DNA of 64,000 bases from Pyrinomonadaceae bacterium. GTDB taxonomy: Bacteria; Acidobacteriota; Blastocatellia; Pyrinomonadales; Pyrinomonadaceae. Of the stretch, positions 18,819 to 30,892 are shown one piece after another. Numbering within the stretch: the stretch's first letter is position 1; each line of letters opens with the position of its first letter. The position numbers and the translations under genes were made by a program. The stretch lies in NCBI GenBank assembly GCA_963817025.1, contig CAWFML010000001.1, forward strand, positions 285,332 to 349,331, read 5' to 3'. Below the pieces are notes generated by a model. The model saw only the letters and a program-made list of their open reading frames with translations, was not told the origin of the DNA and made no database searches.

Positions 18819-19481
18819 ATGCAGGAGCACAAGGCGGCTGAAGATTTGCAGGCAGAGGCCAGCGAAGATTCTTCGGCTGAAGAAATTCGTGTCACAGACA
18901 GGCGGCGGGTCAATCTCGAAGGCGAGGCGACGGATGGCAGGGATGCTGCCGGTGATGCGCCGCGCTCGAAGCCCACGTATGTCGAACAGCTTGAGCAGAG
19001 CAAGCAGGCTGCGGAGCAGAAGCTCGTAGAGGTGCAGGCTCGCTTTGAACAACTTCGTTCGCAGTTGCAGCGCGAGACTGACGAAACCAGACAACGACTC
19101 AATCGCGCGGCAGAAGAACGCGCGCGGCGCGAGAAGGCAGAGTTTGTCGCCGCGCTTTTGCCCGTGATGGATAATCTCAAGCGTGCGCTTGAACTGGCGG
19201 ACACGAGTTCTGTCGAGGCTCTGCTGGAAGGCGTGCGCGGCACGGCCAGCGGCTTTGAGAGCGCGCTCACGGGGGCTGGCGTCGAGCCGGTCGAGTCCGT
19301 CGGCGCGCAGTTCGACCCTGAGCTTCACGAAGCGGTTGATACAATCGAAGTCGAACCCGAACGCGACGGCACGGTGACGGCTGAATACAGTCGCGGCTAT
19401 CGCATGGGCGAGAGGCTCTTGCGGCCCGCGCGCGTGCAGGTCGGCAGAGCGCGTGGCGAAGTTCAGAAGGCTGCGGAATGA
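18819..19481 (+). CDS. grpE: GrpE nucleotide-exchange factor (no adjacent dnaK/dnaJ)
   Basis: Long paired-helix region (QLEQSKQAAEQKLVEVQARFEQLRSQLQRETDETRQRLNRAAEERARREKAEFVAALLPVMDNLKRAL) and a C-terminal beta domain (GTVTAEYSRGYRMGERLLRPARVQV). The start is probably MQEHK at 18819. Confidence 0.8.
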   Translation: MQEHKAAEDLQAEASEDSSAEEIRVTDRRRVNLEGEATDGRDAAGDAPRSKPTYVEQLEQSKQAAEQKLVEVQARFEQLRSQLQRETDETRQRLNRAAEERARREKAEFVAALLPVMDNLKRALELADTSSVEALLEGVRGTASGFESALTGAGVEPVESVGAQFDPELHEAVDTIEVEPERDGTVTAEYSRGYRMGERLLRPARVQVGRARGEVQKAAE

Positions 19482-19482
19482 A

Positions 19483-21253
<1,771 letters not shown>

Positions 21254-21350
21254 AAGGCAAAAGTAAAAAGGTAAAGGGCAAAAGTGAAGATATAAGGACT
21301 TATCAAGGCTGTTCTTCACTTTTGCCTTTTACCTTTTGCCTTCTTACTTA
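21254..21350. repeat. palindromic repeat, GGCAAAAG/GTAAAAG family (copy a), abutting the groEL stop
   Basis: ggcaaaagtaaaaaggtaaagggcaaaagtgaaga ...loop... tcttcacttttgccttttaccttttgcc. Confidence 0.85.
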
Positions 21351-21586
21351 TTTTGTTGGCAAGGCAGTTGCAGGTAAGCGATAATGCCTGTGGGTCATTG
21401 CATGGAAACGCAACGGCCCATGTGCCCCTCGCATCTAAACCTGGACTGTGGGACGTACAGCAAATTAGAAGCGAAAGCAATAGGGAGAAGGTCGAAACTA
21501 AAAGGTCAAACATTTGGCACACGCTTGACGCTTTGCTTGGCCCTTCATCGCTTCCGGGTAGACTCTAGCAAGTTGAGAAAAAAAGA

Positions 21587-23881
<2,295 letters not shown>

Positions 23882-23905
23882 TTTCCGCTTCGGGCGCATC
23901 TGAAG

Positions 23906-23950
23906 AAAAGGGTTTCAGTGAGACTTTCATTGAAGCCCTTTTCCTTTTCC
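23906..23950 (+). terminator. putative rho-independent terminator after the clpA-like gene
   Basis: Stem aaaagggtttca / tgaagccctttt (11 of 12 bp) followed by ccttttcc. Confidence 0.5.
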
Positions 23951-23984
23951 GGTAAGCTTTGAATTTGAAAGAGAACGTCTCATG

Positions 23985-24086
23985 CAAAGGCGCAAAAGGA
24001 AGGTAAAAGTGAAGAGTGATTGAATGCTTTCCTGCCTTTTACCTTTTACCTTTTTACTTTTACCTTCCTTTTGCGCCTTTGCGAGA
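23985..24086. repeat. palindromic repeat, GTAAAAG family (copy b) with GCGCAAAG-type outer arms
   Basis: caaaggcgcaaaaggaaggtaaaagtgaagag ... cctgccttttaccttttacctttttacttttaccttccttttgcgcctttgcg. Confidence 0.8.
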
Positions 24087-24120
24087 AAATTCTTCGCCAC
24101 TTAGCATCACTCTTAAACTT

Positions 24121-24963
24121 ATGAACTACAAAATCATTTTTCACACGAAATGGCCGCTCGCCATGCTTTCCCTGCTGCTTCTTCTCTGCCTGACGACTTT
24201 GAACATTCAGGCGCAGAGCGAAAAGGCCGCGCCTGCCGCGAAGCCCGCGCCCGCCGGCGAAGAGAAGGCCGAGCAGATTTTGCAGCAAGCCGCAGCCGCG
24301 CTTGGCGGCAACAGCTATCTGAGTGTCAGCACCGTCGTCGGGCGCGGCATGTACACGCTTTACAAGGAAGGCCAGCCGGAATTGCCTCTCACCTTTACAG
24401 ACCACCTCGTCTACCCGGACAAAGAGCGGACGGAGTTTCGCAGCGAGGGAATTAAAACCATTCAGGTCAACACGGGCGACACGGGCTGGATTTTTGACGG
24501 CGGGGCCAGAAGCTTGAAAGACCTGAAGCCCGATCAGATCAACAACTTCAAACTGGCAATGCGTATCAATATAGATAACCTGCTGCGCGGCGCGTGGCGC
24601 AAAGAGGGCGCGAAGATCAGCTATGCCGGAAGGCGCGAGGCGGGCCTTGCCAAACGCAATGAGACTGTACGCGTCTCCTATCCTGACGGCTTCACAGTCG
24701 AGTTCGAGTTTGGCGCGCAGGATCATCTCCCGGCCAAAATCATCTATCTCAAAAAGCATCCTGAGAACGATGACGAGTTTATCAAGGAAGAAGACCGCAT
24801 GGCGCAGTATCTCAACCTCAACGGCATCCTTGCTCCCTTCGTCATAGACCACTACAGCGCGGGAGTGCAGACCAGCCGCACCAACTATCAATCCATAGAG
24901 TTCAACGCGCCCGTCCCCGACAGCCTCTTTACGCGTCCGGCGAATGCGAAGGCCGTCAAGTAA
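24121..24963 (+). CDS. secreted hypothetical protein (signal peptide)
   Basis: MNYKIIFHTKWPLAMLSLLLLLCLTTLNIQAQS signal peptide. The ORF-track start at 24016 lies inside the repeat element and is rejected. Confidence 0.6.
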   Translation: MNYKIIFHTKWPLAMLSLLLLLCLTTLNIQAQSEKAAPAAKPAPAGEEKAEQILQQAAAALGGNSYLSVSTVVGRGMYTLYKEGQPELPLTFTDHLVYPDKERTEFRSEGIKTIQVNTGDTGWIFDGGARSLKDLKPDQINNFKLAMRINIDNLLRGAWRKEGAKISYAGRREAGLAKRNETVRVSYPDGFTVEFEFGAQDHLPAKIIYLKKHPENDDEFIKEEDRMAQYLNLNGILAPFVIDHYSAGVQTSRTNYQSIEFNAPVPDSLFTRPANAKAVK

Positions 24964-25053
24964 AAAAAGGAAAAAGGTAAAAGGTAAAAGGTAAAAGTGA
25001 AGATGAAAGCAATGCCGTTCTGACTTTTACCTTTTACCTTTTTCCTTTTTCCT
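24964..25053. repeat. palindromic repeat, GTAAAAG family (copy c)
   Basis: aaaaaaggaaaaaggtaaaaggtaaaaggtaaaagtgaagatgaaagcaatgccgttctgacttttaccttttacctttttcctttttcc. It abuts the stop of the 24121-24963 gene and is followed by a half-site of the GCCACAGAGGAC family. Confidence 0.8.
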
Positions 25054-25073
25054 TTCTCTTGTGTCCTCTGTGG

Positions 25074-25622
25074 CTAACTCCCACGCTTTGCTGCGCGCAC
25101 AAGCTTTGTGAACGCCTGCATCTCTGCTTCCGGAAATTCACGCCGCCAGTTTTTATCGAACTCGTCAACTTCTATGTCGCGGTGCAATTCGCGCAGAGCT
25201 GTCCAGAATGGGAGGCAGAGGTCGAGCGGGGTCGCCGTGTGTGAAAAGACAACCTCGCGTTTGCTCTTGAGCCTGCGGTGATCCGGGAAACGCACGACCG
25301 TGAGTTCCGCCCCCGCCTGATTTTGCAGCCACTCGAAATCATATTCTTCAGGCTCTCTGTTCCATTTGACGGTCAAGTTTTTTTCGCCGCCGAGAAGCGC
25401 GGAGAGAGCCTGGATTAAATCGCGCAGCGAATCATAGGGCGCGTGTGAGACGGCTGTCACAAAGCTTTCCTGACCGGCCTTGAGACCGATGGACATCCAG
25501 CCGCTCTGCGGGCTGTTAAAGCTGACTTTTAGTTTCTGGTTCATGTAATAATGTTGAGACAAAACTTGACAAGGCTGTTCAATCTTAGTTATCTGGACTT
25601 GCTCTTCGGTTTTAGAATACAA
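25074..25622 (-). CDS. hypothetical protein, divergent from thyA
   Basis: 182-aa ORF with no recognisable motif. The true start may be the internal MNQKLKV. Confidence 0.45.
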   Translation of the reverse strand: MYSKTEEQVQITKIEQPCQVLSQHYYMNQKLKVSFNSPQSGWMSIGLKAGQESFVTAVSHAPYDSLRDLIQALSALLGGEKNLTVKWNREPEEYDFEWLQNQAGAELTVVRFPDHRRLKSKREVVFSHTATPLDLCLPFWTALRELHRDIEVDEFDKNWRREFPEAEMQAFTKLVRAAKRGS

Positions 25623-25660
25623 GACTTTTATCCTTCATTAAAGACCGGCTGCGCTTCGCT

Positions 25661-26455
25661 ATGAAACAGTATCAGGACTATCTCTCATATATTCTGGAAC
25701 ACGGCGTTAAAAAAGAAGACCGCACAGGCACTGGCACGTTAAGCATCTTCGGTTATCAAATGCGCTTTGACTTGCAGCAGGGCTTTCCGGTGCTGACGAC
25801 CAAGCGGCTGCACCTGCGCTCGATCATCCACGAGCTGTTATGGTTTCTGAGCGGCGAGACCAACATCAAATATCTGACGGAAAACGGCGTCAGCATCTGG
25901 GACGAGTGGAGCGATGCGGAGGGCAATCTAGGCCCCGTCTATGGCAAGCAATGGCGCAGGTGGGAAACGCCCGACGGGCGTGTGATTGACCAGATCAGCG
26001 AGGTCGTCAATCAGATTAAGAACAAGCCGGATTCACGACGCTTGATCGTTTCCGCGTGGAACGTGGGCGAGCTTGAGCAGATGGCGCTGCCGCCGTGTCA
26101 TCTACTGTTTCAATTTTACGTGGCGGAAAACAAACTCTCCTGCCAGCTCTATCAGAGGTCTGCCGACAGCTTTCTCGGAGTGCCTTTCAACATCGCGTCC
26201 TATGCTCTCTTGACGCATATGATGGCGCGGCAATGCGGACTCTCCACCGGAGACTTTATCTGGACGGGCGGCGACTGTCATATCTATCTCAATCATCTGG
26301 AGCAAGTGAGGCTGCAACTCGCGCGCGAGCCGCACCCGTTGCCGCAACTCATCATCAAGCGACAGCCCGGCTCGATTTTCGATTACGAGTTTGCGGACTT
26401 TGAGTTGACAGGCTACACCTCGCACCCGAGCATCACCGCGCCCGTGGCTGTTTGA
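25661..26455 (+). CDS. thyA: thymidylate synthase
   Basis: [38 protein letters not shown]...PPCH (active-site Cys)...; highly conserved ThyA. Confidence 0.97.
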   Translation: MKQYQDYLSYILEHGVKKEDRTGTGTLSIFGYQMRFDLQQGFPVLTTKRLHLRSIIHELLWFLSGETNIKYLTENGVSIWDEWSDAEGNLGPVYGKQWRRWETPDGRVIDQISEVVNQIKNKPDSRRLIVSAWNVGELEQMALPPCHLLFQFYVAENKLSCQLYQRSADSFLGVPFNIASYALLTHMMARQCGLSTGDFIWTGGDCHIYLNHLEQVRLQLAREPHPLPQLIIKRQPGSIFDYEFADFELTGYTSHPSITAPVAV

Positions 26456-26467
26456 AGTATCTAAGAA

Positions 26468-27721
26468 TTATCCGTAAGCCTTTTCGTAACTCACACCGAG
26501 CCGTTTGAGAATCGCCCCGGCAAAGCTCCATGTGCCGAGCGCGAGAATGCGTTTCCCTTTCAAGTGACGCTCAATCTCCTGAAATGAAATCAAAGGTGTT
26601 CCCCACTCTTCATCGTCAAAGCTCAAGTGCTCTGTCTCTAAACTGACGGGCACGTAAAAGCGCACGCCCAAAGCCTCGCGTGCGCCCGTCACATCTTTTC
26701 CCGTCGGCAGAGAAATCAGGACGGTATCAATCTCGCCAAACTGTGCTGTGGCCCATTCGAGCGCGGTTGCGATTCCGCGTCCGTTAATCGCCGCGTCAAC
26801 AATCCAACTGCGACCGTCTTTGTCCTGATGCATAGACAGGCGGCCCGGCGTTTTGACGGTCGAGAGAACTTGCCTGAGCTGGGACGAATTCGGAGCAGTG
26901 ATTCCGAGCAGCTTCAAAAACCTTTGACCGGCTTCTATCCCAAGCGCGGCATTGTATAAGGAAAGACCCGCCGGCAATCGTCTCTCATGAGAAACATCTG
27001 TTGCCTGCGGCTCGATAACAGTTAAGTTGCAGTCATATTTCTTTATTTCATCGAGCAACACTTCTGTTACATCGGATGTCTGTGGAAGAGTCAGGACAGT
27101 TTTTGTGGAATCCTTAACGACGCCGATTTTATCCCGCGCCACGAGCGCAACGTCCGGGCCAAGCACGTTCAAATGCTCGCCAAAGATGCTCGTGACGGCG
27201 ACCAGCGTGGGAGGGAAAATTGAGACTTCATCGGAGCTTCCTCCCATTCCGGCTTCCAGCACTGCGACATCACAGCTCTGGTCCAGAAAATGGCGCAGCC
27301 CCGACAGAGTGTAAAGCCCAGACGGAGACAGATAGCCAATCTCTTGTGCCTGAGCGGGTATCTCGTCAAGCAATCTCGACAGCCGCTTTGAAATATTCAG
27401 ATAACTTTCCGGCGAGACGCCTTGCCCGTCAAGGCGTATGCGTTCGCGGTTGCTCAGGATTGGCGGGCTGGTGATCGCGCCGACACGCAGGCCCGCCGCA
27501 GTCAAAGCGGCGGAAGCATAAACGGCAGTCGTGGCTTTTCCTTTAGAGCCGACGACGGTCAGAACCGGGAGACTGATTTGATCGAGTCCGAGAGCGGCGG
27601 CTATCCTCTCTGCGCGCGGCAAGCTTCGCGTTGCGCCCGCCGTTCTTCTTTTCCATTCGCGGAAAAACGGCTCGTCGGTGGAATCGCGCGCTCCGGCAAA
27701 TTTTGATTTATCATCCGGCAT
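26468..27721 (-). CDS. folC: folylpolyglutamate synthase / dihydrofolate synthase (Mur-ligase family)
   Basis: P-loop VLTVVGSKGKATTAVYASAAL plus the central and C-terminal Mur ligase domains. It sits between thyA and folA. Confidence 0.8.
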   Translation of the reverse strand: MPDDKSKFAGARDSTDEPFFREWKRRTAGATRSLPRAERIAAALGLDQISLPVLTVVGSKGKATTAVYASAALTAAGLRVGAITSPPILSNRERIRLDGQGVSPESYLNISKRLSRLLDEIPAQAQEIGYLSPSGLYTLSGLRHFLDQSCDVAVLEAGMGGSSDEVSIFPPTLVAVTSIFGEHLNVLGPDVALVARDKIGVVKDSTKTVLTLPQTSDVTEVLLDEIKKYDCNLTVIEPQATDVSHERRLPAGLSLYNAALGIEAGQRFLKLLGITAPNSSQLRQVLSTVKTPGRLSMHQDKDGRSWIVDAAINGRGIATALEWATAQFGEIDTVLISLPTGKDVTGAREALGVRFYVPVSLETEHLSFDDEEWGTPLISFQEIERHLKGKRILALGTWSFAGAILKRLGVSYEKAYG

Positions 27722-27777
27722 CTGCTTAACTCACTTTCCAGCTATGTTAATGTAGCATTTCAGCGAGCATCAATTTT

Positions 27778-28254
27778 ATGTCTATCATCGGTATCGTCGC
27801 AGTTGATCGAAACAACGCCATCGGCAAGAGCGGGCGGCTGCCGTGGCATTACTCTGCGGACTTGAAATTTTTCAAGCAGCAGACAATGGGACACGCCTGC
27901 GTGATGGGCCATCGCACGTGGCTCTCGCTGGCGAGACCTCTGCCGCAGAGACTCAATATCATCCTCAGCCGCGCAAGCGAAGTCTCGCCGCAACCCTCCG
28001 TCATCCTGCTCAGAGACAGGCTCCCGGTGCTCTCGCTCGAATCATATCTCTCTTGCGACCTCTATATCATCGGCGGCGCGCAGGTTTACAGCGCGTTTCT
28101 CGGAGACATAGACCGCTGGATTGTGACCGAAGTCCCGCTCGTAATTGAAGGCGCGGAGGCTGTGATGCCGGAAGGTTTTCTCAATGGCTTCAGAGCTACG
28201 GAGACGAGGCAGTTGGAAGATAATCTCAAGGTGACTTTTTATGAGCGAAGCTGA
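27778..28254 (+). CDS. folA: dihydrofolate reductase
   Basis: MSIIGIVAVDRNNAIGKSGRLPWHYSADLKFFKQQTMGHACVMGHRTWLSL...; the DHFR signature. Confidence 0.9.
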   Translation: MSIIGIVAVDRNNAIGKSGRLPWHYSADLKFFKQQTMGHACVMGHRTWLSLARPLPQRLNIILSRASEVSPQPSVILLRDRLPVLSLESYLSCDLYIIGGAQVYSAFLGDIDRWIVTEVPLVIEGAEAVMPEGFLNGFRATETRQLEDNLKVTFYERS

Positions 28255-28399
28255 AATACAATATTGACTTTCAAAAGCGAAGAGCTTATGTTGCCCGCGT
28301 TTGAGGAGTTATGAGCTGTTGCTCAAAGCCTTACCGCTTCACCTTCGCGCATTCTAAAACTTTAGCTCTCTATGATGTTCTCGTTCGAATGATATACCT

Positions 28400-28645
28400 A
28401 TGATCGTGCGGATTCTGCTGTGGGGAGGCGGGCTGATGACGCTGGCCTTCACATATTTTTTCGGCGTCAAGAGCATCCGCTCTCAAGCCTTGATGACAGC
28501 CGGACTGGCGAGCGTGCTCTCCTTCGTCCTCTTCCTCATCGTCGCGCTCGACAATCCCTTTCACGGCAGCGTGCATGTCTCGCCCGACCCGCTCAGGCAG
28601 GCTTTGATCCTCATAGAGCAGAACCGGCAAGCCGCCAAGCCTTGA
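28400..28645 (+). CDS. possible small membrane protein (81 aa, two hydrophobic helices)
   Basis: ORF only. Hydrophobicity is consistent with a membrane peptide. No other support. Confidence 0.3.
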   Translation: MIVRILLWGGGLMTLAFTYFFGVKSIRSQALMTAGLASVLSFVLFLIVALDNPFHGSVHVSPDPLRQALILIEQNRQAAKP

Positions 28646-28650
28646 CGGCA

Positions 28651-28760
28651 ACTTTGATTTTAATTAGCCACAGAGGACTCAGAGAGATTTCAAATCAATA
28701 ATCTCAAATTTGAAATCTTTAAAATCTCTGTGTCCTCTGTGGCTAATCTTCTCTGTCTGA
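28651..28760. repeat. palindromic repeat, GCCACAGAGGAC family
   Basis: attagccacagaggactcagagagatttcaaatcaataatctcaaatttgaaatctttaaaatctctgtgtcctctgtggctaat. Related copies at 25060-25080 (half) and 61921-61990. Confidence 0.75.
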
Positions 28761-28779
28761 GATTTATTTGAGAGCGATG

Positions 28780-30162
28780 CTAACCGCGCGAATTGGTCGC
28801 CGGCGCGTCAAGCACATCGTGGCGCGTGATGATGCCTGTGATGCGCCCGTACTCTTCGACCAGCACGGCGGGGCTGGATTGCAGCTCGCGCGTGACCTCG
28901 CTCAGGCTCGCGTCCACATCGAGAACCGGGAAACTCTCTTCCATCACTTCGCTGGCGGGCGATTCGAGCAGGTCACGGTTGCCGAGCACTTTCGACAGGA
29001 TACGATGCTCGCGCAGAGAGCCAACCGAATGTCCATCCTCCACGACAGGCACTTGTGTGACACCGGCTTCGTTCATCTTTGCCAGCACATCCACGATGCG
29101 CTCATGCGGCGCGACGGTGATGAGCGTCTCCGGCCCGGTCTTGGTCTTCGTCTCGCTGATGAGTCCCGCAGTAATCTTCTGCGGCTCAAGCAGCCGCTTC
29201 TCTTTCATCCATTCATCCGAATGATGCTTTGACAGGTAATGCTCGCCCGTGTCGCAGACGATGAAGACGATGAGCGCGTTCTCATCCAGATTGCGCGCCA
29301 CTTGCAGAGCCGCTGCCAGATTCGTCCCGGTCGAACCGCCGCAGAAGATGCCTTCCAGTCTCCCAAGCTGCCGCGACAATTCAAAAGAGTCGCGGTCAGA
29401 GATGTTCATCACTTCGTCTACATATTCGGCATGAAAATTTTTCGGCAACGTCGCCTGCCCGATGCCTTCGACCAGATAGGGCGTGGCCTCTACAATCTCG
29501 CCCGTTTCTTTATAAGTTTTATAGATCGAGCCGAACGGGTCTGCGCCGATGATGCGTATGTCAGGGTTCTTCTCTTTGAGGTAGCGCGCAGTGCCGGAGA
29601 TGGTTCCGCCCGTGCCGATGCCCGCGACGAAGTGCGTCAGTTTGCCTTCGGTCTGTTCCCAGAGTTCCGGCCCCGTCGTCTTGTAATGCGCTTCCGGGTT
29701 GGCCGGATGAGAATACTGATCCGGATAAAAAGAGTTGGGCGTCTCTTTGGCAATGCGTTGCGCCGTCGAGATATAGTGATCGGGCGAGCCGGGTTTGGCC
29801 GCCGCCGGAGTGACCACGACATCTGCGCCGAGAGCTTTGAGGTAACGCACCTTCTCCGTAGAAGCTTTGTCGGTCATGACAAAGATGCATTTGTAGCCTT
29901 TGACCGAGGCGGCGAGCGCGAGGCCCACGCCCGTGTTGCCCGAAGTCGCCTCGACCACAGTCCCGCCCGGCTTAATCTTCCCTTCCATCTCAGCCGCCTC
30001 GATCATCGCCATGCCAATGCGGTCTTTGACCGAATAGCCCGGATTGAGATTCTCCATCTTGGCGAGCACCGTTGCCTTCAAATCTTTTGTGATGCGATTC
30101 AGCTTAACTAAGGGCGTGTGGCCCACAAGTCCTAAAATATTTTCGTAATAGCTCATTAACAA
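28780..30162 (-). CDS. cystathionine beta-synthase (PLP cysteine-synthase fold + tandem CBS domains)
   Basis: PLP-lysine region [39 protein letters not shown] and a C-terminal CBS pair ([16 protein letters not shown]...GIITRHDVL). Confidence 0.85.
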   Translation of the reverse strand: MLMSYYENILGLVGHTPLVKLNRITKDLKATVLAKMENLNPGYSVKDRIGMAMIEAAEMEGKIKPGGTVVEATSGNTGVGLALAASVKGYKCIFVMTDKASTEKVRYLKALGADVVVTPAAAKPGSPDHYISTAQRIAKETPNSFYPDQYSHPANPEAHYKTTGPELWEQTEGKLTHFVAGIGTGGTISGTARYLKEKNPDIRIIGADPFGSIYKTYKETGEIVEATPYLVEGIGQATLPKNFHAEYVDEVMNISDRDSFELSRQLGRLEGIFCGGSTGTNLAAALQVARNLDENALIVFIVCDTGEHYLSKHHSDEWMKEKRLLEPQKITAGLISETKTKTGPETLITVAPHERIVDVLAKMNEAGVTQVPVVEDGHSVGSLREHRILSKVLGNRDLLESPASEVMEESFPVLDVDASLSEVTRELQSSPAVLVEEYGRITGIITRHDVLDAPATNSRG

Positions 30163-30490
30163 CTGCCTCCGTGCGGGTTATCCGAAGAGACTTTCAAAAT
30201 ATAACTGCTGCAAAGTTCGTCCCAGAGATAAAATAGGAAGAATCCGTTTCATCAATAAATAACACTCAAGTCGCACAGATTTCAAACTCAGAGTGAGTTT
30301 TGTTGTTTTTATAGCCATTAGCGATTGGATATAGCCGCTTGAGCAGGGCATCTTGTCAGAACCGCCTGCGGCAAGCGTGCGGGTTCTTAGCATTGAAGAC
30401 CCGCACGCTTGCCGCAGGCGGTTCTGACCTGTGTCTACACTCAATCGCAAATTGCTATAGTAGTTGCCCGCAGGAATTTGGTTAGATTAA

Positions 30491-30745
30491 CGTGAGTTCG
30501 ACGGAAGAACGGTGCGGTGTTAGTTAGCCCCGGAGGGGCGGCATATATTAGCCCACGGCTTCAGCCGTGGGGACAGCACCCACATCAATGGTCTAAGCCC
30601 CGGAGGGGCGGCATAATCTATACCGCCCCTCCGGGGCTTAGACCTTGTAGGGCGTCTTGTCCCAGCACTGACGTGCTGGGCTAATATATGTCGCCCCTCC
30701 GGGGCTGTCATGGAGCAATCCTCTTCCGCTTATATCGAACTCACG
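30491..30745. mobile_element. MITE-like non-autonomous element, copy A (255 bp, 11-bp terminal inverted repeats, 9-bp target-site duplication TTAGATTAA)
   Basis: Ends are cgtgagttcga...tcgaactcacg. It is flanked on both sides by ttagattaa. The interior carries four copies of the palindromic 14-mer GCCCCGGAGGGGCG and its reverse complement. Copy B at 51512-51789 is the reverse complement. Confidence 0.8.
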
Positions 30746-30892
30746 TTAGATTAAATAGAGCAGGTGAATTGTGCTACGGATATATCTGGAAACCGTGCCT
30801 AAATACCCGCCACGCGGTTTTCAAATTAGAAAACAGAATTGGCTGCTCAATTTCGAGCAGCCAATTCTGTTTTCAGCGACCTGAAAGCCGGA

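Noticed and set aside
24016-24120. Upstream extension of the 24121-24963 gene to the ATG at 24016
   Set aside because: The extra 35 codons lie entirely within the GTAAAAG palindromic repeat (translation FYLLPFYFYLPFAPL). A canonical signal peptide starts at M36 (MNYKIIF...).
28400-28645. 81-aa hydrophobic ORF as a confident gene
   Set aside because: It has no ribosome-binding site that I can see, no homolog recognised, and lies in a short gap followed by a repeat. It is kept at low confidence only.
30520-30720. Possible CRISPR array suggested by the recurring GCCCCGGAGGGGCG 14-mer
   Set aside because: The units are palindromic 14-mers at irregular spacing, alternately in both orientations, with no uniform spacers. 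The whole block has terminal inverted repeats and a target-site duplication, and an inverted second copy exists at 51512-51789. These are MITE features. There is no leader and there are no cas genes.
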